From: Bispira polyomma
Taxonomy: Eukaryota
Reading direction: 5' to 3'
DNA: 64,000 nt
Assembly (NCBI GenBank): GCA_965649765.1
Contig: OZ287756.1
Coordinates: 17,856,001 to 17,920,000, forward strand
In this document: one piece after another, positions 53,046 through 64,000 of the stretch
Layout: every line of letters starts with the position of its first letter
Position numbering within the stretch: position 1 is the first letter of the stretch
The notes under the pieces: generated by a model
The model's input: only the letters and a program-made list of their open reading frames with translations
Told to the model about the DNA's origin: nothing
Database searches by the model: none
Program-made: the position numbers and the translations under genes

Positions 53046-56000
53046 TTATTATTATGTAATAGTTATTCAACACTATTATGTCTTGTTGCAAGAGCTTTAT
53101 GATCTTGTAGTGCAATATGATCTTTATTATTTCTTTAGGCGAAAATTAAAATAAATAAGTATAACTTTATTTTGTTACCAACCAATTTCCAGGAGCTCTG
53201 TCTTATGCTGAGCTGGGTACAATGATCCCTAAATCTGGAGGAGAATACATCTACCTTCTGGACTCCATCCACCCCGTGTTTGCTTTCCTGTTTGCCTTTG
53301 TTTCCACGGTGATGCTGAAGCCCTCCACGGCAGCCATTATCTGTCTGACCTGTGCTGAGTACATACTGGTGCCTTTGTTTAACGATGGTTGTGGTTCCCC
53401 ACCTAGGACTCAAGTCATGTTACTGGCAATGGTAGTACTAGGTAAGTATAATACAACTCTTGTAAATCAAGCAATTATGTTACCTCTTTGGACCCTAATG
53501 TTGTCGAGTAGCAGTCGACAGCATTGAATTATTACTACTAATATCTATGTCTTTCGACGAGCAGTCGACACCCAAAAATTCTATAATATCCACAGTAAAA
53601 TCTCAATTATCCACCTGGCCAGAGTGAATTTTGATAAATAGACAATAAATGGTTCTTAAAATAGAACAGGCATTTTAACCATAAGACATTAGTAAAAAAG
53701 TTTATAAAATTGAAAAGTTTAATTTTAAAAAGTTTTTCAAATCGGAACTAGAGTATCGAGTTAGTACTGGAGCACTAAGTTGTATACTGTACAGTTTATT
53801 TTGTTTATTTTTGTTCTATTCCATATATTCCACAGTAATACTGACTGCCATCAACTGTCTGAGTGTGAGTCTAGCCAACAAAATACAGATCTTCTTCACC
53901 ATAGCCAAACTCATAGCCCTAGCTATTATTATTATAGGGGGCTTTGTTAGGCTAGGACAAGGTAATAACATAAACTCATAGACCTGGCTATTATCATTTT
54001 AGGGGGCTTTGTTAGACTAGGACAAGGTAATATAACACAAACTAATAGGCCCAGCTATTATCATTATAGGGAGCTTTGTTAGGCTAGGACCAGGTAATAA
54101 CATAAACTCATAGCCTTGACTATTATCATTATAGGGGACTTTGTTTGGCTAGAATAAGGTAATAACACAAACTCATAGGCCTGGCTATTATCATTATAGG
54201 GGGCTTTGTTAGGCTAGGAAAAGGTAATAACAGAAACTCATAGCCCTAGCTATTATCATTATAAGGGCTTTGTTAGGCCAGGATAAGGTAATATAACAGA
54301 AACTCATAGCCCTAGCTATTATCATTATAGGGGGCTTTGTTGGACCAGGACAAAGTAATAACAGAAACTTATAGCCCTGGCTATTATCATTATATGGGGC
54401 TTTGTTAGGCTAAGATAAAGTAATAACACAAACTCATAGCCCTGGCTATTATCAAGTGATCAAGTGTTTTTAGTGTTTGACTATTTGGCCTTGTAATCAT
54501 GCCAAATATTTTCAACTGTGTGTGTTGGTTTGTTGCTAGTTTTAATTCTCTGTTTATTTCTATATTCGTGCAGGTTACACAGAGCACCTTCAGGACGGTT
54601 TTGAAGGTACCAATTCTAACGTTGGTGAGATAGCAATTGGCTTCTACAGCAGTATGTGGGCATATGATGGGTGGTAAGTACTCCTACATTTTTTGGTATT
54701 ATTTACTGAAACATTTATATAGCACCCTATTAATATATCATCCTCCAAGGTCTTGATCATCATCAGTGGGGGCAATGACATGTACACATCTTGCTCAAGG
54801 ATGCTATCAGACCACTAATACTAGCAGCATTAGAAGGATTCGAACCAGGTACCTCCCTATTACCAATAAAACTTTCCCTAGCTGAGAGTTGATCAAGCAA
54901 CCTTCTGATTTCAAGACCAATTCCCTAACCACTTATATAAAATCAGTGTCAGTCTTAAATCTTTTAGTGATCTTAATATGGCTATATCTATATTTTATGC
55001 TTTACATCCATCACCTTTGTCAGATTTTCATCTTAAATTAAAATGCGTCTGGGGAAAATGCAATATTTGTTTATAAACGTTCTATTTTGTCCAGGCAAAT
55101 TATTCATCAACAATTTGTTCTCTACCATGTTCTAAATACACTTACATAAACATATGAATTTGAAGTTAGTTGGCTTGTACTTTCAACAGCATAGGTCATT
55201 TGAGTCGGCCACATTCAATGGTGACAGAAACCCATATTGGTGAGAGGCTAGTGATTGTAAGTCAGGCACTTGTAATATGTACAGTACATATTTAAAAGAA
55301 TTTAAATTCTCAATAGAAATATCGATGCTTATATTGCACTAATTAACCCATTGCTTATTGCATCCACTACATCAAACAGGAACAACCTGAACTTAGTGAC
55401 AGAAGAACTAAAGAACCCTTACAGGGATTTACCCCGAGCCATCCTGATAGGCATCCCTCTGGTGACTGTGGTGTACATCCTCACTAACATCTCCTACTTT
55501 ACAGCCATGTCACCCGAGGAACTACTTAATTCCCCAGCAGTGGCCGTGGTAAGTGCTCCAACCACCGCATTTATCAGATTGACATTGATGTTAAGTTTAA
55601 CATAGCTTTCTAGTGCTGCATATTACATTACACTGGGAAATTTATATGAGAAGGAAAGCGGAATTTAATCAAATCTAATCAAACTTTTATAGTGCTTTAT
55701 CTCAATTAAGGTGTATTCTAAAGTGCAAATTACATGTTCATATTCATATCTCATAAAGTCCTTTCTAGAAGGTGGTCGTATCCTATGAGACGTTTGAATG
55801 AATATGTAACTAGGGGGAAAGATGGGCTGAAATATCTTGAAATAGGGCAGTTGGTCAAGATTTTTTAAGTGGAAACCACCAGTCTAGAGCAACTTTCCAA
55901 CATTGGAATGTTGGTCAAACTAACAATTTAAGAGGTGGAGACAAGAGTGTTACATTGAGCAGGTCAATGTGTCATCCAGTGGGTAAGCCGGGGGATCAAA

Positions 56001-59000
56001 GGGTCCCAGGTTCAATTCCCTGTGATGTCACAGGTGTAACTGTGGGTATCATTTGTGGGTGAGAGGTGAAAACAGAATTGCCAGCCCTATTGAGAGGATC
56101 AATGTGATGTTGTAGGACTGTTCTTTACAGACAAGTGCCTCAAACTTAAAGCATGCATTGTCATCAATTTGGCGATATATATAGGGTCTTTAAACTACAT
56201 TCTTTAAACATGTGCTTGAAATCTTGGGCTTGGAATTAAATAGTATTATTTCTACACTACATAAGCCTTATTCCATTGTATATCAAAACATTCCAGTCAT
56301 AGTTTTGTCTATGCTTGTGTAACAGTTATAATAGCCATAATCATCGCCTAAATTATATACATCTTAGAATCTGTTTATTTTCGGAGATTAAGCACTATAA
56401 AAGTGTGATAACGATCTGGGTTACAATTTAAGATAATTTTAGAATACCTTAAAATTGAGTTATAGTCTAATAAAATTCTACTTGTTATTAATCCTATTGT
56501 CAGCCCCACCCTACTGTGTAAATGAATATGTAGAAACTATGGATCCTGTATTGGCATGGTAAGAAGTATGCCCAAGTTACTGTTAAAAATCATATGCAGT
56601 AGCCGTTACTTTGTAAGTAAATTCAAACATGGCTTATTTGAAAACTTGCATAATCTGGCGCTGGACAGATATAAAATTCATTTACTTTACAGGTTTATAA
56701 ATGTTGCCATATCTCCCTTCCAAAGTTTTATCAAATCAATGTCATTTTGTGGTCTACTACATTAACATTTCAGGTACTAAGCCACACAAAAACACCTGAT
56801 TTGAAGGTACCAATTTGATCTAAATATGTGACATACATAACTGTTTTTCAGACTTGGGCAGAAACAGTGATACCTGATTTTGCCTTCATCATCCCTATAT
56901 TTGTTGCCATGTCAACCTTTGGCTCAGCCAATGGGAGTATGTTCTCTACCGGAAGGTAAGTTTAGGGGGCACCTGTTGTCATCCTCATATTAGCATCACA
57001 TATACCGTTTGGAACTGTGGGGGAAAAACAATATATTTCCAATATGTAGACACAGTGGATGAAACTAGAGATACTTTGCTGTTTACTACTAATGGCCTGG
57101 TCACACCTACACAGGCTAACGTCCCACAATGTAGCAAAGCAACATCAACTGAAAACATAGCAGTTTTGTGTCAAAGTAACATTATTTTTATAAAGGTGGA
57201 GTCGATTGTGACATTTCGTGACAATGTTGGTACTTTTACACACGGAGCAGGGGCAAAAATCGAACACTTTACTGGTAGGATATCACTACTTACTATAATG
57301 TAGACCTACTGTACTGCTACTTATTGCTGCATTCTGCTGCGTTATGCCACTTAGTAAATACAGACAAGTGGAGACAATATCACTACTTACTGCTACTTTA
57401 TGTTACGTTATGCTACCTATTCAGACGAGTGGAGATGAATGGACATGTCCTCGAGAAACAGAGAGCTCTGCCACGTTTATTTCAAACATTTTGAAGTAAT
57501 CTTGGTAGCAGACTAAATGGAGACATTTCCGAAATTATAATAATCATCTGTTAAGCAAGGAAGAAACAAAGCAGGCATCCTCACTTTTGCATTACCTTCC
57601 ACTACGTTTATACTAGGTTTTAAAAACGTTCAAAACGTCACACACATGTGGGTCCAGCACATGTAGTTGGGACCAGGCTTTAATGTCCTGGTCACACCTA
57701 CCGTTCAAGGGCTACGTTTGTGTCATGTTCTGATAAGTTTTAAAAGCTAGTATAAACGTTGTAGAAGGTAATGGCAAAGTGAGTATCCCTGGTGCGTGCG
57801 TTCTGGAACGTTACTGCACTGAAAATATTATTCCGAAAACGCCTCCGTTTGGTATGTTGCCACGATTGTTTCAAACTGTTTGAAACAATCATGATAAAGC
57901 TTCCGTTTCTCCACGTTTCTCTGTTCGTCCTTGAACGTTTTGAAAGTAGCATAGACGTATCATTAAATAGCTCTATGTAGTAGTAGGTAGCGAGAAAGTC
58001 CCAGTAAGTAGGCAACCACTCCCAGTAAGTAGTGGTTGTACTTGTTGTATTCGTGAAATATTTCACTAATGTCCTGGTCACACCTACACATTTTAGAGCT
58101 ACGTTTGTGTCACGTTGTGTTAATTGTGTTAACGTTTTGAAACATAGTAGGAAGTAGGGATGGCTTCTGTGATAGTCTCGTTACCTTGTGCGACGGATGA
58201 TATCGTTCTGGAATTGTCTCTGTCTCTTTGAAACAGTACAGTCACAGTACAGTCACAGCTCCCATTTCCCTGAACGTTTCCGAAAGTAGCATAGACGTAT
58301 CAGTAAGTAGCTCTACGTAGTAGGAGGTAGGGAAGAAGTCCCAGTAAGTAGTGATATTGTCTCCACTCATTGTATTTATTTTACTTGGTAGCAGTTCGAA
58401 AAAGAACGCACCAGCAAGTAGCAGTACAGTAGCTCCACGTAGTAGTAGTAATATCCTACCAGTAAAGGTCCGTGGTTTGCCCCTTCTCCGTGTGTATAAG
58501 TGCCAACATCATCACGAAACGTCATGAAACGTCACAAAAACGTCACAATTGACTACCCCTTTATGGAAATGACATCACTTTGACACAAAACTACAACGTT
58601 TTCGGTTTATTGCTTTGCTACGTTGGGGGGCGTTAACACATGTAGGTGTGACCAGGTCATAAGCATCATAATACAGATAATCATAATGCAGAATGCAGCC
58701 GTAAGTAGCAGTATAGTAGATCTACATAGTAGTAGGTAGTGATATCCTACCATTAAAGTGTATAAGTACCAACATCGTCACGAAACGTCACAAAACGTCA
58801 CAATCAACTACCCCTTTACGGAAATGACGTGACTTTGACATGAAACGACCACGTGTTCAGTTTATATTGCCAGGACCAGGTCATAAAGCATATGTGTGTA
58901 AGAATACCATGTTCTGCTGCAAACATTAGTTAATATTCTTCAAGAACAAGTTTTAACTAAAATGCAGGACAAGTTTCCATACTAATACATGGACTTAAAT

Positions 59001-62000
59001 TGTTATTGCAACTTGCTTGTTTTCCTATTTTATAAGCCTGTATGTAATCAATCATATCCTCCATTTAGGAGTTTATCTTTATTGCCTGTGTCCGTTAGTT
59101 TGTTTGACGGTAAGAGTACACAAAAACAGTGTCGTTATAGGTTTGCAAGAAGTAACCGTCTTTGCTAATGATAACAAATGAATGTGACCATAAAATAATC
59201 TGGGTAAAAAATATTTTACAATGACCTCCTCAAGGGCTTAAGAGCAATTTATTGTTTTATTTAGATATTTCTTTACTTTATTGTTTACACCTACCTTTTA
59301 TTGTTTGTTTAAATGTTTATTTAATTAGTTTGTGTTTACATTGTCTTTATTTACATTTGGATATTATTTATTGTTCACACTATTTCATATTTATTGTTTA
59401 TAAGTATCTTTATATGTTGTTTACTGTGTTTGTTTATTGTCTAGACTTGTCTATGTGGCAGCCAGGGAGAAGCACATGTTGAAGTCTCTCTCAACTGTAC
59501 ACGTGAACAGATACACACCAGTCTGTGCACTCATACTCAATGTAAGCAATTTGAATTTTTAGTTGGGGTTTCATGTTGCTTGAAAACAGCTTAGATCATA
59601 TCACGATGGCCAGCTTTATTGGTGGAAGAAACCAGTGTAAACCAACGACCTACGGCAATTACCTGACAAACCTTTCCTCGTTAAGGAATTGGAACCCACA
59701 CTAGTGAGTTTTGAACTGGGATATTTAACGTCCACTCTAGTACCTGTTTAGGTTATATTGGGACGTGTAGTTGGAAACGCTGGAGGAAACACTGCATACA
59801 GTTGATCAAGGTTATGCACTGAAACCAGCGGTTCACAGTAAGGAACTACCACCTTTCCCACATAGGCATCGATGGGATTCAAACTCACGCCGCCCAGAGG
59901 TGAGAGATCAGTGATTGTGAAGCGCAATGCTTGTTAACCACTAGGCCACCAAGGCCCCCCCCCACTGGTGAGAGACCAGTGGTTATTGCAAGCGCCTTTA
60001 ACCACTAGACCATTGCAGTATATCTTTAATAACCACATTAATTTTCATATTCAAATATTTGCCTTTATCTTGTATTGAAAACACGTTGATACTTTCTTGA
60101 CTGCACAAGTATTGACAATCAGCAGTAATGACTGTCATTTCCCCCAATGAAGGAATGAGGATGGCCATTTATCAACTTCCCCATTTTAAGTGGTTACTTA
60201 TCATACTGTACATGGTCACCCAGGTTGAGACCGATCCCAGGTCTCTGTGTTTCTGAGGGAGTGTATTACCCAGTTGGCCACATTGGCAGATTCTGTCTCT
60301 GTCATGGGGACGTTGTTTAACTGTTATTCAATATTTTTATACATGTGTTCTGTTGAAGTTTGTCCGACAGTTTTAATTGATTTACAAAAAAAATCATATA
60401 CACATATTCTATGTGATCTCCGGTGTGTATGTCTTATCTCCCTTGACCAAGTGGTTGGTCTAACGTGTGATCACATATGATTGCAGGCTCACTGGTTCTC
60501 TCTACCTTGCTTCAGTAGTTTTTTGTTTTTTTTTTGTTGGCAAAAACCTGCTCTTAAACAAGCAAAGCAATGGACACAAATAAAAAGAGAACCTGGTGGG
60601 GCGGAGCTAATAACATAATTATAACTGTCACTTTTTTGTGAAGTGAAAACCCTGCATTTAGTGTGAGTAGTTAGATTTTACACACTTTATGTATTTTTTT
60701 CAGGGTTTCATTGGCTTCCTCATGGTGATCCCCTCCAACATTGGTAGTTTAATTGATTTCTTCAGTTTTGCTGCCTGGATGTTTTATGCCCTGGTTTTTG
60801 CTGTGTTGGTCTACCTCAGATTCAAGAGACCGGATGTACCAAGACCATATAAGGTAAAAAAATGTATTAGTTTTTAAATACTTTTATATAATGTTACCTT
60901 TCTTGCTCTTACTAAGCAAACATGATAAAATTTGATAATTCAATTAAATTTTCTTCGTTTAGTTTCTGACCTCAGTAGCATTTCAGTAATATACGAACTA
61001 ATATTAAAACAGTCTATATATTATTGAAAAAGTATAGTAGTTTTTGTATAAGAAAATTATATTTGCCAAGTGCACTTCAGGGTGTTGGTATATATTAAAG
61101 TGTCTTACAGTTGATGAATCTTGTCATAGTAGCCTGGATACTTCACTATTAAATCAATAGAACTCTTATTTACTGAATATATTGTGAACATCAGTGTTAA
61201 CATTTGGTTGTGTTAGCCGCAAAAAAACAAAGATGGTACTCACCCCATGTAACATATAGCTATGGAAATTCATATATACTGGTATAACTACTTATTGTTG
61301 TATTTGTTTTACTTCCAGTGTCCAGTCGTCTTCCTTATAATTGCTTTGTTTATTGCTCTATTACTGTTTTTGGCTCCAATCATACACACAAAACATACAG
61401 CTAAAATATTACATAGACTGTCATAACTACTTATTTGTGTATTTGTTCTACTTTCAGTGTCCAGTCGTCTTCCCCATCATTGCTTTCTTTATCGCTCTCT
61501 TCCTGGTTTTGGCTCCGATCATTCAGGCCCCACAGATAGAGTTTCTCTACGCCTTCCTTTTTATTGTAGGAGGTCTGATCTTCTACTTCCCATTTGTCTT
61601 CTTTAAAAAGGAAATCCCAGGCATGGGTGAGTATTTGCATTCCAGAATACCAATGGTAGATGTGGGATAGTAGTGTATTTTCTGCATAATAGATGCCTCA
61701 GAAAATAGAGACCACCAGTATTAGGCAATAGGAGAATGAAAATTTGGAAGAAAGTTAGTTTATGGTCAGAAAATAGGCAGGAACATAGATGTCATAGTGT
61801 ATTAAAATATTACAAGTTCGAATCAGTCTTGATTTCTCTTCACTTTACGAGTTATTTTACGAACTTAACTATTTCACAATAAATAAGTATCATTTGCTAA
61901 TCTTAGTAATGGTAACATTATTCTTTTTGTTTAGCCTTCCAGTTAAAAGTTTATTAATTTTTTAATTAAATAATAAAACTTTAACCTGCTATCCTATGCT

Positions 62001-62302
62001 TTAATAACTCAAGTATTGCTTCTAAGCTAAATGGGAGATAATAATTACCATGTGCTTCCACGTACGGTTTGCTCACCTGTTCAGTTCGTTTTTCTTGTTT
62101 GCTTTCTATCCTTATAGCAAAAATAAATGCTTTTATTGAGATGTACCTCCAAGTGCTCCCTCCAAATCCACAGTACATCGAAGAATTATTGGAACAGTCC
62201 AAACCACAGCAGGAGGAGGGCAGTAGGCCTCAGACTGCAGCTTCTGGGAAAGTCCATCCTCAAATGATAGCAGAAGACGACAATAGTGAAATCAGATTAT
62301 AA
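48109..62302 (+). CDS. SLC7A9: b(0,+)-type amino-acid transporter light chain (SLC7A9-like, LAT family), 534 aa; exons 48109-48262, 51721-51822, 53193-53441, 53836-53961, 54574-54673, 55380-55548, 56852-56955, 59445-59541, 60704-60853, 61458-61626, 62118-62302
   Basis: Ten GT-AG introns with compatible phases and a 1605-nt open join; motifs [37 protein letters not shown], the GCGSPP Cys that links to the SLC3 heavy chain, [38 protein letters not shown]. The subfamily call rests on recalled similarity, not phylogeny. Confidence 0.93.
51105..51500 (+). mobile_element. L2-like LINE C-terminal fragment in intron 1 of the transporter
   Basis: [10 protein letters not shown]...[35 protein letters not shown]...NALVS..LDYC.SL. 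Confidence 0.8.
52177..52510 (+). mobile_element. tRNA-derived SINE (family S1), near full length
   Basis: ggcccagtggttagg A box, gggttctattcc B box, tccttgggcaagatg core; colinear with 13945-14280. Confidence 0.72.
52974..53054. repeat. (TAT)n microsatellite; other simple repeats are (TA)n at 4113-4138, 14635-14708, 43106-43145 and 45618-45657, and (ATT)n at 6857-6894
   Basis: Direct inspection. Confidence 0.95.
53907..54453 (+). repeat. Tandem repeat with a unit of about 65 bp, about 8.4 copies, made of the 3' end of transporter exon 4 plus its splice donor
   Basis: Unit aaactcatagccctagctattatcattatagggggctttgttaggctaggacaag|gtaataacat; the first copy is the coding exon end ([18 protein letters not shown]). 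Confidence 0.95.
57093..58883. mobile_element. Three PIF/Harbinger-type MITEs of one family: 57093-57680, 57684-58883 (opposite orientation), and 58070-58659 nested inside the second
   Basis: TIR TG(G/T/A)CCTGGTCACACCTAC; TAA at 57090, 57681, 58067, 58660 and 58884. Confidence 0.85.
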
Positions 62303-62402
62303 ACCGCCAGACTTCTCCCCATACAACTGTAGTTATAAATTATTGCATTAATATGTTTTACTCTACTGCTCAATACATGCAATAACCTACATTTTTTGTG
62401 TA

Positions 62403-62408
62403 AATAAA
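62403..62408 (+). promoter_or_regulatory. Candidate polyadenylation signal of the transporter (others at 62478 and 62519)
   Basis: AATAAA hexamers 100-220 nt after the stop codon. Confidence 0.45.
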
Positions 62409-62739
62409 AGTTCTTGGGAACCCTAATATTTTTCAAGATGGGCGACATTTTACAGTTACATGTAATATAAAACTATAAATAAACCTATATATCATTGTAC
62501 CTTAATTTCTGTAAATCAAATAAAAACCACTTGGAAGGGTTTTATTTGTATTGTTAAAGAGTTAGTGTTTATTGATTTGGTATTTAAGTAAACTTATTTA
62601 AAGGACATTCACTATAAATACACATTAACAGTCAAGTTAAAAATGCAGGACTAATACAAATTGTTGATTCTTAAAATAGTATTATTGATCACGACTTTAG
62701 CAAAAGGCTTTGATACTATAGATTCAAAATAATTCTTGT

Positions 62740-63620
62740 GAAAATCAAATACAATTTAGAAGTGCAAGTGACGAGTCGGCATTATCACGTATTACGACAG
62801 GCAGAAAATAACACTGTGTTTCAGAAATGGAATCAGCAAAGTTCTTTCAAGTTTTGGTTCATTCCACTTCGCGATTTACAAATGAGAAATGGTAACTGGA
62901 ATTTCTTATTACAAATACAAGTAGAGCTCTAGTTCAAACCAGATTTAGTGGATTACTGGGATGCCCAATTACCATTTCTTATCAGATATGGTTTCCCACT
63001 AGATTTTAATGGGCAAAATATATTATTCCACTAGGAACAAAAACACAAATCTAAATTTATGTTTACTGATGATGTTTAAGCCTATCTTAAAGAGTAAGTG
63101 GAATTGGTTGTAATATTAGACCATTTTAATGTCATTCCATTCCAGAATACTGATATTTCACCGTTTATGACTAGGGACAAACCTGGAGCACCTTATAGAA
63201 GACTTAATATAGTCTTTACTTCAATGCAATTTCGTGAATTTAGCCATCAGTATGGACATTTATCCCATTACTCCCTTTATCCTTAAACTTATAACTATAG
63301 ATTCAAATACTGATAAAATCAGACAGTTAGGCAAGGGGTCCTTCCCATATGAAACCTTTTCAATCCCACTTTTAGGCATATTGAGTTAGATCCCAAAGAT
63401 TATGATCTTTTTGGCTTAAAGTTGGATAAATATTTTAAAGACATGTGTCTAACGTTCGGATTTCAGAATGGCAGGGTCATCTTTCAACACATAAGTGATG
63501 TGGTGCATTACGCCATACATCAATGTCACCATGACGTCATCGTCATGATGACGTAATTGGTTTTGGTACTACCACAACTGCAAGAAATTCATATGGAGAG
63601 TTGCATTACAATGGTTCAAT
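62740..63620 (+). mobile_element. Heavily decayed RT relic of a related YR retrotransposon
   Basis: KYNLEVQ...FQKWNQQSSFKFWFIPL, DYWDAQLPFLIRYGFPLDF, ISPFMTRDKPGAPYRR, FRHIELDPKDYDLFGL...LTFGFQNGRVIFQHISD, all colinear with 34800-35700. Confidence 0.85.
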
Positions 63621-64000
63621 GAAGTTACATTCTAGTGCACAACAGTTCTGTTTCACTTAAAAACTGAAATGTTGCATAGTTAAGAGCTAAAAGGTGCGTG
63701 GACATACTACTAAAGCCTTGTTTTTATATCAAACATATACATATGCAAACAAAATTCATAAACTGTTTGAAGTGTAAATATTATTTTACACAATTCCTAT
63801 TAAGGCAGGTATTTTACAGGGTTCATTCAATTGACTTGTCAACAAGTGTTCATGTAGCTCAAATTATTTGGGTAGGAGTTGCTAAGACCTAGCCGTCTTG
63901 ACAGTCAGATGGTACTACTGTAAAAAGTCACTTATCTCTCCTCAAATTTGGAGTCTACCAGTGAAAATGTTTGGCTATGACCATTTGAGAAACCTAGGCC

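Noticed and set aside
52894-53154. Poly-Tyr and poly-Ile ORFs
   Set aside because: They are translations of a (TAT)n microsatellite inside transporter intron 2.

Overview
AT-rich, intron-rich genomic DNA from an animal, apparently an invertebrate. The repeat types would fit a mollusc or other lophotrochozoan, but the host cannot be fixed from sequence alone. Most entries in the ORF track are noise or single exons. Three spliced genes could be rebuilt by hand with GT-AG junctions and consistent phases. Two are tandem, minus-strand, 5-exon paralogues (2246-8110, 187 aa; 15662-20806, 234 aa) encoding small secreted proteins with a signal peptide, a Cys-bearing N-terminal segment, a short coiled coil and a single Link (Xlink) module carrying an extra Cys pair. 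The third is an 11-coding-exon SLC7A9/b(0,+)AT-like amino-acid transporter light chain (48109-62302, +, 534 aa). Between them lies a transposon cluster: an L2 LINE interrupted by a Helentron-like element, a decayed two-gene PIF/Harbinger element, a second L2 piece, and a near full-length but mutated tyrosine-recombinase (DIRS-order) retrotransposon (about 32.1-37.7 kb, -). That retrotransposon shows a canonical -1 frameshift signal at the gag/pol junction and a phase-matched splice donor/acceptor pair that would fuse the Gag N-terminus to the recombinase. Two further relics of the same lineage, many tRNA-derived SINEs, several MITE families (one self-nested), a 1.8-kb minisatellite and three local duplications of splice sites in the transporter gene are also present.
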